Positions 19,483 to 29,730 of a stretch of DNA of 64,000 bases are shown one piece after another. Below the pieces are notes generated by a model that saw only the letters and a list, made by a program, of their open reading frames with translations, made no database searches and was not told where the DNA came from. The translations under genes and the position numbers were made by a program. Where the stretch lies: positions 13,568-77,567 of IMG/VR virus record IMGVR_UViG_3300031885_000005. One strand, given 5' to 3'. Origin of the DNA: a virus. The first letter of the stretch is position 1. Each line of letters opens with the position of its first letter.

Positions 19483-20030
19483 TTATTATAATCATTCGGT
19501 TTTTTAAAATTAGGATTAGGAATTTTCCAATTTTTGCCATATATACATTGCAAATATAATTCTGGATTATGAGGAACTAAAACTTTTAATCCCAAAAATT
19601 CTATTTCATCTAAAGTGTTAAGACATTCTTTTGGAAAATAAAAATATCCACACCATCCTCTATGATAATATTCGGTTTCAGTTTCTTCAAAAATCCAAAA
19701 ATCAGTATTCCAATGAGCATATTTAGACCAAAATTTAATCATATAAGGTCTATCTCCAAATTCTACTCTTTGTTTAAATGCTTTACATTCATATCCTTTA
19801 AATGTAAAATCTTGAACAGTTGTTAACTTTGCAATTAATTCTTTCTGCGAATCTTTAGAAAATTCTTTTCTTAATATTCCGAAATCAAAATCGCAATCAT
19901 GAGATAGAAAATCTTTTTCTCTAATAGCACCTAAAAGAGTACCTCCCTCTAAAAATATACGTAGATTCATTTCTTTTGTTACTTTTAGAGCAATTTCTAA
20001 GTCTTTTAATATTAAATGATGTTCCGCCAT
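19461..20030 (-). CDS. LicD/fukutin-family phosphotransferase
   Basis: GGTLLGAIRE..F..HDCDFDFG; VPHNPELYL..YG.NWK.P. Confidence 0.85.
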   Translation of the reverse strand: MAEHHLILKDLEIALKVTKEMNLRIFLEGGTLLGAIREKDFLSHDCDFDFGILRKEFSKDSQKELIAKLTTVQDFTFKGYECKAFKQRVEFGDRPYMIKFWSKYAHWNTDFWIFEETETEYYHRGWCGYFYFPKECLNTLDEIEFLGLKVLVPHNPELYLQCIYGKNWKIPNPNFKKPNDYNNWERNLK

Positions 20031-20746
20031 TTATCTCTCTCCATTCTAAAATAATTCCACTTTTTATAAAGTATTTCTTGGCATTGGCGTAATGTTTTGG
20101 GATTTCTTCTAATAATCGAATAATTGGAAGGTCTCAATCCATAAGAATAATGATTCGATAATAGTTCTTTATCATAAATTATATCCCATTTATCTAATTC
20201 TTTTAATTGAAGGAAAAAATCAAGATGTTCCATTAATTTTAATCTTTCATCCCATTGAATGTCATTAAATAATTCTCTTCTTGCTACAAAGAAATTTAAT
20301 ACTAAATCTATTTTTTTAGAATTTTTAAGATATAAAATTTGATTTTTAATTTCTAAGGCATATTCGTAATGTTGTTCTATGTCATTTTTTGCTTTATTAA
20401 TACAACATCCCCCTATGATACCTAATTTTGAATTTTCATTAAAATGATAAAGAATTTCATTAGGATTAGAAATTAATTCTATGTCATCATCAGCAACCAA
20501 TACAAAAGGTTCTGTAACTTTTTCTACTAAGAATTTTCTTGCTCCAGGGATTCCAAAATCTTTTGAAATACAATAAATATGATTTCCTCGATTTTCTAAT
20601 TCTTTATAAAATCGTTTTTTTGTTAAAGTTATTTCTCCTTGGTCAAGTAGATAAGTAGTAATATTTTTATCAAGATGAGAACTAACACATTTCATCATCA
20701 TTTCATCCCGTTTTATTGTTGTTACTATTATTGCTATTTTATTCAT
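20012..20746 (-). CDS. GT2 family glycosyltransferase
   Basis: LLDQG, ADDD, WDERLK.MEHLDFF. Confidence 0.8.
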   Translation of the reverse strand: MNKIAIIVTTIKRDEMMMKCVSSHLDKNITTYLLDQGEITLTKKRFYKELENRGNHIYCISKDFGIPGARKFLVEKVTEPFVLVADDDIELISNPNEILYHFNENSKLGIIGGCCINKAKNDIEQHYEYALEIKNQILYLKNSKKIDLVLNFFVARRELFNDIQWDERLKLMEHLDFFLQLKELDKWDIIYDKELLSNHYSYGLRPSNYSIIRRNPKTLRQCQEILYKKWNYFRMERDKWRNII

Positions 20747-22013
20747 ATAATCCTTTTCTTACATGAATTATTTTTCCGAATTCTTTGGTATCAGAATAAG
20801 ACAGAATCATATCAGTTACTTTTTGAGGAGTTAATGATTCTTGTTTATTGATTTTTGTTTTTAATTTTTTCCAAAAGGGGGTAATAACCTTTTCAGGGCA
20901 TATACAATTGAGATAAATCTCTTTTTTGGCAAGTTCTTCTGCCTGACTCTCAACCAAACTATGTAAGGCACTTTTTGATGCAGAATAAATAGTAAACCCA
21001 AATCTTCCTTTTGTTGCGGAAGAAGAACTAATTACAACTATATTAATGGGTCTATCGTGATATTTTCTTATTTTTTTTGCACTTTCTATTAATAATACAT
21101 TAGCACGAAAATTTACATTCATCATTTCTTCATAATGAGATAATAAGGAATCTTCATTTTTATAAGGAATTCCTGCACAATTTATGATTATATCGAGACC
21201 GCAATATTTATTAATTAAAGAATCGGAGAAATTTTCTGACAGATTTAATTCTCTATGAGAAGGAGTCCATATTTGATTGGGATTATATAACAACAGACTT
21301 TTATAGGTCGCACTTCCTATTCCTCCAGAAGAACCTAATAATAGAATATTTTTATTTTTTAAGTCAGGAATACGAGGAGTATATTCATCATATTTTATCA
21401 AATGTTCTAATATAAAGAGGTCATAAGGATAGGTAATCTTATTATTGGCATGATTTAATTTTATGAAATTAATTTTTGGATTTTTTAATTGTTGATAAAT
21501 AGCATCAGTATGATTGAAAATATTTATTTCTTTATAAAGTTTATCAAATTTTACTACATCAGGAGATTGTATTAATTTATATTTATTTCTATCAGTATCA
21601 TCAAATAAAGCATCTGTTATTGGTTCGTAAGTAACAACGCAATCAAATCCTTTAAGTGCTTCCAAATATTGTGGCAAATCTTCTGCATTAATTAAAGGTC
21701 TTACCGCATCTTGAAAAAATACGGTATCTGAATTATATTTCTTGATAAATTTTAATGCATTATAAATGGTTTGAGTACGAGTTTTCCCCCCTTTTATTAT
21801 TTTAATTAAATTTTTATCATAATTTTTGAATAAATATTTATATCTTAAATCATTTACTACTATAATTATTTTACTAAAGAGATTGGATTTAATATATTCA
21901 TCCAATATATAGTGGATTACAATTTTACCGTTGAGTTTTATGTACTGTTTGGGTATAGAACTACCATATCTTTGACCAGTTCCACCTGCTAAAATAATGC
22001 CGATATTATTCAT
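20739..22013 (-). CDS. Bifunctional cytidylyltransferase (IspD/TarI)-SDR reductase; CDP-ribitol synthase-like (Bcs1 architecture)
   Basis: LAGGTGQRYGSSIPKQY, GGKTR, DAVRP, NNKITYPYDL; then GSSGGIG, NCAG, YSASK. Confidence 0.85.
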   Translation of the reverse strand: MNNIGIILAGGTGQRYGSSIPKQYIKLNGKIVIHYILDEYIKSNLFSKIIIVVNDLRYKYLFKNYDKNLIKIIKGGKTRTQTIYNALKFIKKYNSDTVFFQDAVRPLINAEDLPQYLEALKGFDCVVTYEPITDALFDDTDRNKYKLIQSPDVVKFDKLYKEINIFNHTDAIYQQLKNPKINFIKLNHANNKITYPYDLFILEHLIKYDEYTPRIPDLKNKNILLLGSSGGIGSATYKSLLLYNPNQIWTPSHRELNLSENFSDSLINKYCGLDIIINCAGIPYKNEDSLLSHYEEMMNVNFRANVLLIESAKKIRKYHDRPINIVVISSSSATKGRFGFTIYSASKSALHSLVESQAEELAKKEIYLNCICPEKVITPFWKKLKTKINKQESLTPQKVTDMILSYSDTKEFGKIIHVRKGLYE

Positions 22014-22135
22014 TTAATAGTTTCCATAATTTTTTTATTTTTTCTAAAGTTAATTTTTCTCCTACGAGTTCTTCTATACATAAATAAATAGTTATTGCAA
22101 TCCCCAAAATAAATCCAATAATTCCATAAATTAAT

Positions 22136-22681
22136 TTATCCATTTTGTTCCTTTAACCATTTTTGGTATCGTTGATTAATTTCATTCCAAGTAACGGGAT
22201 AATATCCCCACACATCTGTTCCGATGTTTATGCAATCGGTGAAAGACATTCCTTTTCTAACTCTCATTATTTCCCAATTATTATGTACATGACCAACTAA
22301 ATTTATTTCACAATTGACATTGCAGAATTCTGGATTATGAACTAAAAAAATACGACGCCCCCCATGTTTAATAATTGAAGATTCTATACAAGTTTTATTA
22401 GTATTATTTGAATCATGATTACCTCGAATAAATATGATATTTTTACATTTTATTTGATTCCGATAATAATCAAATGCTTTTTTAGGTGCTTCCGATGCTT
22501 CTGAACTTTTAGTAAAACAAAAATCTCCCAAATGAAATAAAGTATCGTTTTCATTCACTCGTTCATTAATATTTTTTATTATAGTACTGTCCATTTCTAT
22601 TAGAGTTTTAAATGGGCGATTGCAGTATTGACAAATTCTCCAATGACCTAAATGAGTGTCGCTACAAAAAAATATATTCAT
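22136..22681 (-). CDS. Calcineurin-like metallophosphoesterase
   Basis: SDTHLGH, LGD, GNHD, GHVH. Confidence 0.85.
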   Translation of the reverse strand: MNIFFCSDTHLGHWRICQYCNRPFKTLIEMDSTIIKNINERVNENDTLFHLGDFCFTKSSEASEAPKKAFDYYRNQIKCKNIIFIRGNHDSNNTNKTCIESSIIKHGGRRIFLVHNPEFCNVNCEINLVGHVHNNWEIMRVRKGMSFTDCINIGTDVWGYYPVTWNEINQRYQKWLKEQNG

Positions 22682-22879
22682 TTTTTCTTCCTAATTATAT
22701 TTTCTATTTTTATTATTATAAATAATCCAATTGCCATTCCTATTACTATTAACATATCAAATATTTTTTCTTTCATTTTTATTCTTCCTGCAAAGGCTGA
22801 TAATCTTTTTCTATATATGGATATTTTTCTTCTAACCATCTAATATCCTCTAAAAAATCATAATAATATCGTTCATTAT

Positions 22880-23332
22880 TCATTTTATTTCTATTAATTT
22901 ATAATTTTCAAGTTCAAAATATATTCTTCTTATTTCTAAGGTAAGAACATTTACATAAGTCCAAAACCAAGATAAACTATTTCTTTTTTGAAAATTTTTA
23001 GGTCTTTTTATATATCGTATTTTATAATAATCATAGGGAGTTTTTACTATCCAAATTAACCCAAAAGGAGATTCTACTTCTTTAGATTCAATCAATCCTT
23101 CGGGGCAAACTATACATAAAGAAGAACAAAACTGAGAATATTCAGTCCATTTTGTATCTTTTTGAAAATCTGGTTTTTTTGTTTTGATTTCAAATCCTCT
23201 AATCCATTTATGACCAGTATCAATAATTATTGCATCAATTCTTAAATTTCCATGAGTAAATTCAGGAATAAAAATATTCCCATATCGAGCCAAATTTTGT
23301 TTTAAAATTTTCTTTATTTCTGAAGATGTCAT
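22880..23332 (-). CDS. MmcB-like PD-(D/E)XK nuclease
   Basis: RIDA...GFEIK...DFQKDTKWTEY...GLI; likely start MTSSEIK. Confidence 0.7.
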   Translation of the reverse strand: MTSSEIKKILKQNLARYGNIFIPEFTHGNLRIDAIIIDTGHKWIRGFEIKTKKPDFQKDTKWTEYSQFCSSLCIVCPEGLIESKEVESPFGLIWIVKTPYDYYKIRYIKRPKNFQKRNSLSWFWTYVNVLTLEIRRIYFELENYKLIEIK

Positions 23333-24588
23333 TTTATCTCCAATTTTTTGATTAATGGAAGGCATAAGAAAGAAGTCAATGCCGAGATTATAATTAATAG
23401 GTGTAATCCTATTTTTGGAAATAAAAAAGCTCCAGATAATGAAGAACAAGTTCCAGCAAGATTATTTATGCTGCAAAGTAAGGCGAAAGAAGTGGCTTCT
23501 TTGCCTGTGATTGTACTTTTAGCCATCCATGCCATTACATTTAAGAAAATAAACATTCCTACTAAACTAAATATTATTCCATAAACTATTGCAGTAACTG
23601 GAGTGAAGTAAAGATAACATAGAGTAGTGAAAGCTCCAATAAAAACTGAATAGAATAGACATTTTTTGATATTTATTTTCTTTCCAAATTTCCAATATAA
23701 AACAGACCCAATAATACTTATACCCGAAGTAATTGCTCCTAAAATACCCATAAATGTTCCCGACCAATGAAATGAATCTCTTTCTATAAAAAATAAGGGT
23801 GTACCAAATGAGGGATTAAAATTATAAAGAAATAAAAATAAACAACCAATTAAGAATTTTTTATTAGTAAACAGGTCTTTGTATGAACAAATTGTTTCTA
23901 AAATACGAACTTTTTTTTCAGGAAATCGAGGTTGAAATCCTTCACAAATTCCAATTTCATTATTATCACATTCTAAAGAAAATTTACAATCTATACAAGA
24001 TTCTTCTGTACTATGTTTTAGTACAGTTGTTCTATAACGTAGTACAATACCTACAATAATCAAGTAGAAAGGAATCAAACATAAATACCCAAATTGATAA
24101 TTAAAATGGTCAGCAACATAACCTCCAATAAGACCTGCAACGATTCCTGCTATTGTGATACTCGTCCATTGGATACTTTGAATTCTACCACATTCATTTG
24201 CTTCTTTGCCTTCCACACACATAATCCCATCTACCGCCACATCTCTTACTGCGGTAGTCCAACTTCCTACTGAAGCTAATAAGATAATAATAGGTAAAGC
24301 AAGAAAAGGACTTAATCCTAAATAAAGACAAGTTATTAAACTTCCCAAAAGAGATATTAGAATCCATTTTTTCTTTGTTAAATAATTGTCGCACAAATAT
24401 CCCCACAATGGTTTTATCAACCACGCAAGACCTGTAATTGACCCCAAATACATTATAGTCGAAGGATTAAGATGTAATTTTTCTTTTAAATAAAATGTCA
24501 AAGCTAATCCAGGCAATCCCTCTATTCCTTGAGTGAAATAGACAGAAGAACTAAGTACAAAAATCCAAAATAGTTTATTCTTTTTCAT
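23329..24588 (-). CDS. MFS transporter, BT1 folate-biopterin-like
   Basis: About 12 TM segments; WLIKPLWGYLCD, DVAVDG, GKEATSFALL..NN. Confidence 0.8.
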   Translation of the reverse strand: MKKNKLFWIFVLSSSVYFTQGIEGLPGLALTFYLKEKLHLNPSTIMYLGSITGLAWLIKPLWGYLCDNYLTKKKWILISLLGSLITCLYLGLSPFLALPIIILLASVGSWTTAVRDVAVDGIMCVEGKEANECGRIQSIQWTSITIAGIVAGLIGGYVADHFNYQFGYLCLIPFYLIIVGIVLRYRTTVLKHSTEESCIDCKFSLECDNNEIGICEGFQPRFPEKKVRILETICSYKDLFTNKKFLIGCLFLFLYNFNPSFGTPLFFIERDSFHWSGTFMGILGAITSGISIIGSVLYWKFGKKINIKKCLFYSVFIGAFTTLCYLYFTPVTAIVYGIIFSLVGMFIFLNVMAWMAKSTITGKEATSFALLCSINNLAGTCSSLSGAFLFPKIGLHLLIIISALTSFLCLPLIKKLEIK

Positions 24589-24857
24589 TTTTCTTTCTTA
24601 AATAATATCCAATTGCTTTACTTAAATTTTCCTTTATCTGTTCATTTATTGCATCATAAATTTCTATAGGAGAATATCCTAAATTAATTAAATCCTCATA
24701 AATAAATTTTAAATTAGGTTGTTTGCCAAGAATTATATTTAATTTAATGTATTCGGTTATGTTCATTCTTTCATTTCCTTTATTAATAATAAAAAAGCAA
24801 GTATCCATAATATTAATCGATATGACAAATAAAGACCTAAAAGAATTAAAATTAGTT

Positions 24858-26009
24858 TCATTTTGGTATAACTCCCACTAAAATATTGTTATTAAATTTC
24901 ATTTCTTTTATGAAATCATTAACTTTTTTTATTGCGTGATTCAAATTTTTCTTATAATTAACAATAAAATCTTCATAATCGGTTCCATTAATCAATGAAT
25001 TTGCTACCATATTAGTTAAATTATCTATTTTATCTAAATCCATTTCTTGAATTCCAATGGTTTTATTTAATAGGATTTTTTCATCTTTTTTTGAAATTGG
25101 TTTTATTAATTCTTTAATTATTAAATCTCTCGCTTTATTTATTTTATTCGTATCTAATCCAGCAGAAACCATCCATTGAATAGTTCCATTACTATGATAA
25201 TTCCAATCAAAATGAACCCGATAAACTAAATTATTTTTTTCCCTAAGAGAATCAAATAATCTACCACTCATATCTCCATAAAGAGCATCTAAAAGCATTA
25301 AACAGAACATCTGTTCTGTTTTATTTCGGGAAAGTTTAACGGAATTTCCTACCAAAATGTTTGCCTGAGTCAAATTATCTCTTTTTATTAAAGTCTTATC
25401 TTTATAAATTGCCAATTCTGAAGGAATGTATTTTATATCGTAAGGGTGTCTTATATTAACTTTATCCATTACATCGCCAACTATAATCAATGTCGGGTTG
25501 TTGTATTTTTCTTTATAATAATTTATTAAAGTATCTCGGTCAATATTATGAAGAGTTTCTTTAGTTCCGACTATGGGCAGATAAAATCCAGATTGTTTGG
25601 CATAAAGAGTTTTATTAAATACTTCATAAACATAATCTTTGGCATCGTCTTCGTACATTTTTAATTCTTGAATAATTACTTCTCTTTCTTTATCTATTTC
25701 TTTATCAGGAAATAAAGGTTTAGTTGCCAAATCAGTTATGACCTCTATTGCCAAGTCTTTATAAGAATTTCCTACTTTTGCCCAATATGCGGTAAGTTCT
25801 AAATCAGTAAAGGCATTTAAATCTCCTCCAACATTATCTATGGCTGAACTTATCTGTTTTTGATTTCTTTTTGGATTACCTTTAAAAGACATGTGTTCCA
25901 CAAAATGAGAAATTCCCTTATATGAATCTATTTCATTAAAAGAACCAGCATTTATTACAACCATAACCAAAGTGGTTTTTCCTGGTTTTTTGATTTGTAT
26001 AAGATTCAT
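24858..26009 (-). CDS. M16 family zinc peptidase
   Basis: Inverted HXXEH (HFVEH), GGDLNAFT, EREVIIQE. Confidence 0.9.
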   Translation of the reverse strand: MNLIQIKKPGKTTLVMVVINAGSFNEIDSYKGISHFVEHMSFKGNPKRNQKQISSAIDNVGGDLNAFTDLELTAYWAKVGNSYKDLAIEVITDLATKPLFPDKEIDKEREVIIQELKMYEDDAKDYVYEVFNKTLYAKQSGFYLPIVGTKETLHNIDRDTLINYYKEKYNNPTLIIVGDVMDKVNIRHPYDIKYIPSELAIYKDKTLIKRDNLTQANILVGNSVKLSRNKTEQMFCLMLLDALYGDMSGRLFDSLREKNNLVYRVHFDWNYHSNGTIQWMVSAGLDTNKINKARDLIIKELIKPISKKDEKILLNKTIGIQEMDLDKIDNLTNMVANSLINGTDYEDFIVNYKKNLNHAIKKVNDFIKEMKFNNNILVGVIPK

Positions 26010-26611
26010 TATAGTATTCCTTTCCACAATAACATAAATAAATAAGGTAAATATATAATATTTATTGTCATTAAAATTACAAATCCTATTTTACATATTT
26101 TATTCATTATTTCATAACCTTTTTCTTTTCCGTAAATTTTTTCTAACCAGACTAAAATAGGATAACTTCCGTCAAGACAGGGCAGGGGCAACAAATTCGT
26201 TATTCCTAAAGATAAGGCAATCGCCCCAAAATAAAATATATCGAAATTCATCAATTTTAAACCAATAATATAAAATATGATTCCAAATATAATATTTGCC
26301 GAACAACCTGCAATTGCAGTTAATAGTTTTTTATAATAACGAAGATTGGAAAAGGCTTCTTTATCCGAACTTGTAATTAATTCATCACGAAGTTTGCAAT
26401 AACCGCCCAATAAAATAGGAGCAATTTGATAAATAGTACCTTTATATTCTTTTCTATAAAAAGGTTTTCCGAATCCAATGGAGAATATATCGACTCCACA
26501 TTTTAATTTTTTGGCGACTAATAAATGTCCTAATTCATGGACAAAAATATTTATTATGATACAAATTAAAAATCTCAAAAAATGTTGTAAAAAGAATATA
26601 TAATTATTCAT
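26009..26611 (-). CDS. M50 site-2 protease (RseP-like, no PDZ domain)
   Basis: HELGH, FSIGFG, LGGYC, NLLPLPCLDG. Confidence 0.9.
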   Translation of the reverse strand: MNNYIFFLQHFLRFLICIIINIFVHELGHLLVAKKLKCGVDIFSIGFGKPFYRKEYKGTIYQIAPILLGGYCKLRDELITSSDKEAFSNLRYYKKLLTAIAGCSANIIFGIIFYIIGLKLMNFDIFYFGAIALSLGITNLLPLPCLDGSYPILVWLEKIYGKEKGYEIMNKICKIGFVILMTINIIYLPYLFMLLWKGIL

Positions 26612-27247
26612 TTATTTTGATTTATGTTTTCTTTCAAAAAGAGTGATTCCTGCCAAGTGGTCGTACTCATGCTGAATCACTAAAGATTCTAAGTCTTGCG
26701 CCAATAAAGTATGCTCTTTGAAATTTTCATCTACATAATAAAGTGTAATATAGACATATCTTTCTGTATCGACTCTAATTCCAGGCAGACTAAGACATCC
26801 CTCGTTTTTATTAATTATTTTAGTTTCTTTTTCTACTATTTTTGGATTGATTAGAAGAAGTTCTTTTATCTCTATTTTTTTATTTTTTTGGTCAAAATAA
26901 GGAACTCTAATATAACAAACAGATTTATTATATCCTATTTGATTGGCGGACAACCCCAGGGCTTTTGAACTAAATTTATTTAAAGTTTCTTTTAATTCAA
27001 TAATAATTTGTTTAACATCTTCTCCTTTTTCTACAGGAAGGCAAGGTTTCCTTAATTCATTTATGTTAGTAACGATAGGAAGTTTAGGTTTTTCTTCTTT
27101 TATTAGAATAGGTTTATAATCTTTCTCTTGCATCTTTTTAAGGATTTCTCTTTCTGATTTTGTTAAGTAACCATTTTCTTGTCTAACTTTTTGTTCAGCA
27201 AGATAAATATCAAATTCAGTTTGGTCTTTAAATTGATTTTTTAACAT
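26612..27247 (-). CDS. def: Peptide deformylase with N-terminal extension
   Basis: GLSANQIG, EGCLS, QHEYDH. Confidence 0.92.
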   Translation of the reverse strand: MLKNQFKDQTEFDIYLAEQKVRQENGYLTKSEREILKKMQEKDYKPILIKEEKPKLPIVTNINELRKPCLPVEKGEDVKQIIIELKETLNKFSSKALGLSANQIGYNKSVCYIRVPYFDQKNKKIEIKELLLINPKIVEKETKIINKNEGCLSLPGIRVDTERYVYITLYYVDENFKEHTLLAQDLESLVIQHEYDHLAGITLFERKHKSK

Positions 27248-27463
27248 GTTTTCTTTCCTCCATCAATTGTTTAATGAAATTTTTAATATCATTTACACAT
27301 TCATTACTAAATATCGTTTCTGATTCGGGGAAAAAACAATATTGCCTCCATGCTCCATACCATTTAATATATCCAATAATTAATTGCGATTTGCAATTTC
27401 TTACAGCATAAATTCGGGTTTTTTCAGTTTGTTGTACTAAATTAAATTCTATATATTCTTTTT

Positions 27464-27622
27464 TCATTCTTTAGGAAATAATTTATATGCTTTTATTAAT
27501 AATTTTTTAATTTGAAATCCTTGACAATCTTCTATACAATCTTTACATTCGCTGCATCCTTGGTCGATAAAATATTTGCATTTTTCTAAATGTTCTTTTG
27601 CTATATCTAACCAATCTTTCAT
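27464..27622 (-). CDS. Cys-rich micro-protein (52 aa, not in ORF track)
   Basis: AGGAG RBS; CKYF...CSECKDCIEDCQGFQ. Confidence 0.55.
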   Translation of the reverse strand: MKDWLDIAKEHLEKCKYFIDQGCSECKDCIEDCQGFQIKKLLIKAYKLFPKE

Positions 27623-28294
27623 TTTATATCTCCTCTATTTTTGAGTTAAATTCTCTTTGAAATAATAAAGCATCTTCTTTGGTTTTAAATTTAGCTATTT
27701 CGGAATCGTTTGCAAATAAGAAATAATTATGCCCATCGTTTGAATCTAATCCTTTCCATTGAACTTTTCTAATCCAGAAATTTATCATTTTCATCTCCTT
27801 CTTTTGGTTCAGGAATTTTATCGGCTATACATTTCTTATAATTTAAAGTACATTTTTCTTCTTTATCATTCCAATAAATACATTCAAAACAAAACATTTT
27901 ATTCTTCCTCCTCATTACATCTACCTTCCTTTGTGCATATATAACGATAAGTTCTTGTATCACCATCGTCGTCTTCTACATAATCAAGATAAGAACAATA
28001 TTTACATTTCTTTGGTATCATTATTTGCTCCTTGCTCTTTTTAATAATTCTAAAATTACATCAGATTGCGTTATTCTTTTTGTTCTTTCGAGATACATCA
28101 ATTCATCATAGTTTAATTTACTTAAAATTTTATCAATCATTTTATTCTCCTATTCTAAATTATTTAATCTTTCTATTTCTTTATTTAATTGTTCAATTTC
28201 TTCTAATGCTACACATAAAGGGCATTGATTTTCTTCATAACAAATTTCATCATGTGAAATATTTAATCTCCTGGTTCCTGAACAAATTTCCATT

Positions 28295-28732
28295 TTATTT
28301 TCCTCCTAAAATTAATAAAATAGTTCCAATAATCATCCCCCAAGCATAACTAACAGGAATAAAATTTAGAAACCATCTTCGATGCCAGTAAATACGACCT
28401 TTTTTAAAATTCCGTAATCCATAATATTTTGACTCGGCAAACCACATAAAATCTTCTATTATCCAATACCAAAAAAATAATCCCATTGTAGTTAATTCTT
28501 TTTTGATTGTCCAACTTATAAATAAAAAAGGACTATGAAATAATAATAAAAACATAAGGCACATATAAAAGTGATAGCCCGTAAGTGGTTTATTTATTAA
28601 TAAATTGATTATGCGATTATTTATAGTCCAACAAGGAAATCGTAATCCCCAACCCATTTTTCCTTCAGACATTAATTCCATCTTCGCATGAATTGCTGCT
28701 AATAAAATAAGATAAAAGATTATTATAATCAT
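28295..28732 (-). CDS. Membrane protein
   Basis: Several TM segments; EG..GW...P and EDFMWF motifs. Confidence 0.55.
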   Translation of the reverse strand: MIIIIFYLILLAAIHAKMELMSEGKMGWGLRFPCWTINNRIINLLINKPLTGYHFYMCLMFLLLFHSPFLFISWTIKKELTTMGLFFWYWIIEDFMWFAESKYYGLRNFKKGRIYWHRRWFLNFIPVSYAWGMIIGTILLILGGK

Positions 28733-28995
28733 TTTTCTAAATATTCTACTATAATATCTCCATGACAATCTTGAGGTTTACACCAGCAACCCAATATTTT
28801 TCCTTTTAAATTCCATATTCTTCTCCAGAAATTATTATCTTCTCTTAGTCTACCATGAAAATAGATTCTATATTTCTCTATAACTTCTTCTCTCGTTCCA
28901 TCTACACCTATACTGAATGGATTGCCAAAAATAGAAGGTCTTCCTATATAAACATCAGATTTTTCTTTTTTGCAATGAACTACTTTAGTTTTCAT
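28729..28995 (-). CDS. DUF4326 family protein
   Basis: DVYIGRPS.FGNPF...LKGKILGCWCKP..CHGD. Confidence 0.85.
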   Translation of the reverse strand: MKTKVVHCKKEKSDVYIGRPSIFGNPFSIGVDGTREEVIEKYRIYFHGRLREDNNFWRRIWNLKGKILGCWCKPQDCHGDIIVEYLEK

Positions 28996-29730
28996 TTTAA
29001 AATAACCAACTCCCATGTATCATATTATAAAGATTAGTTACTAATTGATGAATTTCTTTTATTTCAATACTAAATTTCAAAGACAAATTATAAATTTTAT
29101 ATGCTGCACCCATCATGCAAAAAGTTAAGATAACCATACTAATTCGCTGGATAATGCCTATAATATAGTAAATACGTTGGAGTTTTTCGTTCATTTTTTA
29201 CTTTCGTCTATTGTAGGAGAAGATTTTCCTCCAAACAATCTTAATTGATATTTATATCCTTTAATTCTTATTGGTATAAATTTATGTGATTTTTCTTTAA
29301 ATTCATCTATGGGTCTGGTAAGATGTTCCAAACCGCAATCGCAACAAGTCCACCTTTCATTATTAGAACAATAAAAAGTTCTATCTATTCTTTGCTGTCT
29401 GATAGATTTATCTGTTAAAATTTCTCTTAATCTTCCGAATATTATAATGATTTGAGTTAATATGTTATAAATTAAAAGTCTCATTTTTTCCTTTTATTTG
29501 TATCTTTTAATTTTTTATGAAATAAAATTGAAGATAATCCCATTAATAAACTATATAATTCTTCAATCATAACATCGTTAGCGTTTCGATTATTCTTTTT
29601 GATAATGCAAAATCTATAACAATCTGGTTTATAATATCTTTTTTTGATTAACCCAAAACAAAATTGAACATTATTTTTGAATTTTACTTTTTCAATATTT
29701 TCGCAGTTTTTGCAATCAAAATGTCTTTTC

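Noticed and set aside
20739-22013. MEP-pathway ispD/ispDF gene
   Set aside because: Second domain is an SDR reductase, not IspF, and the context is LicD/glycosyltransferases
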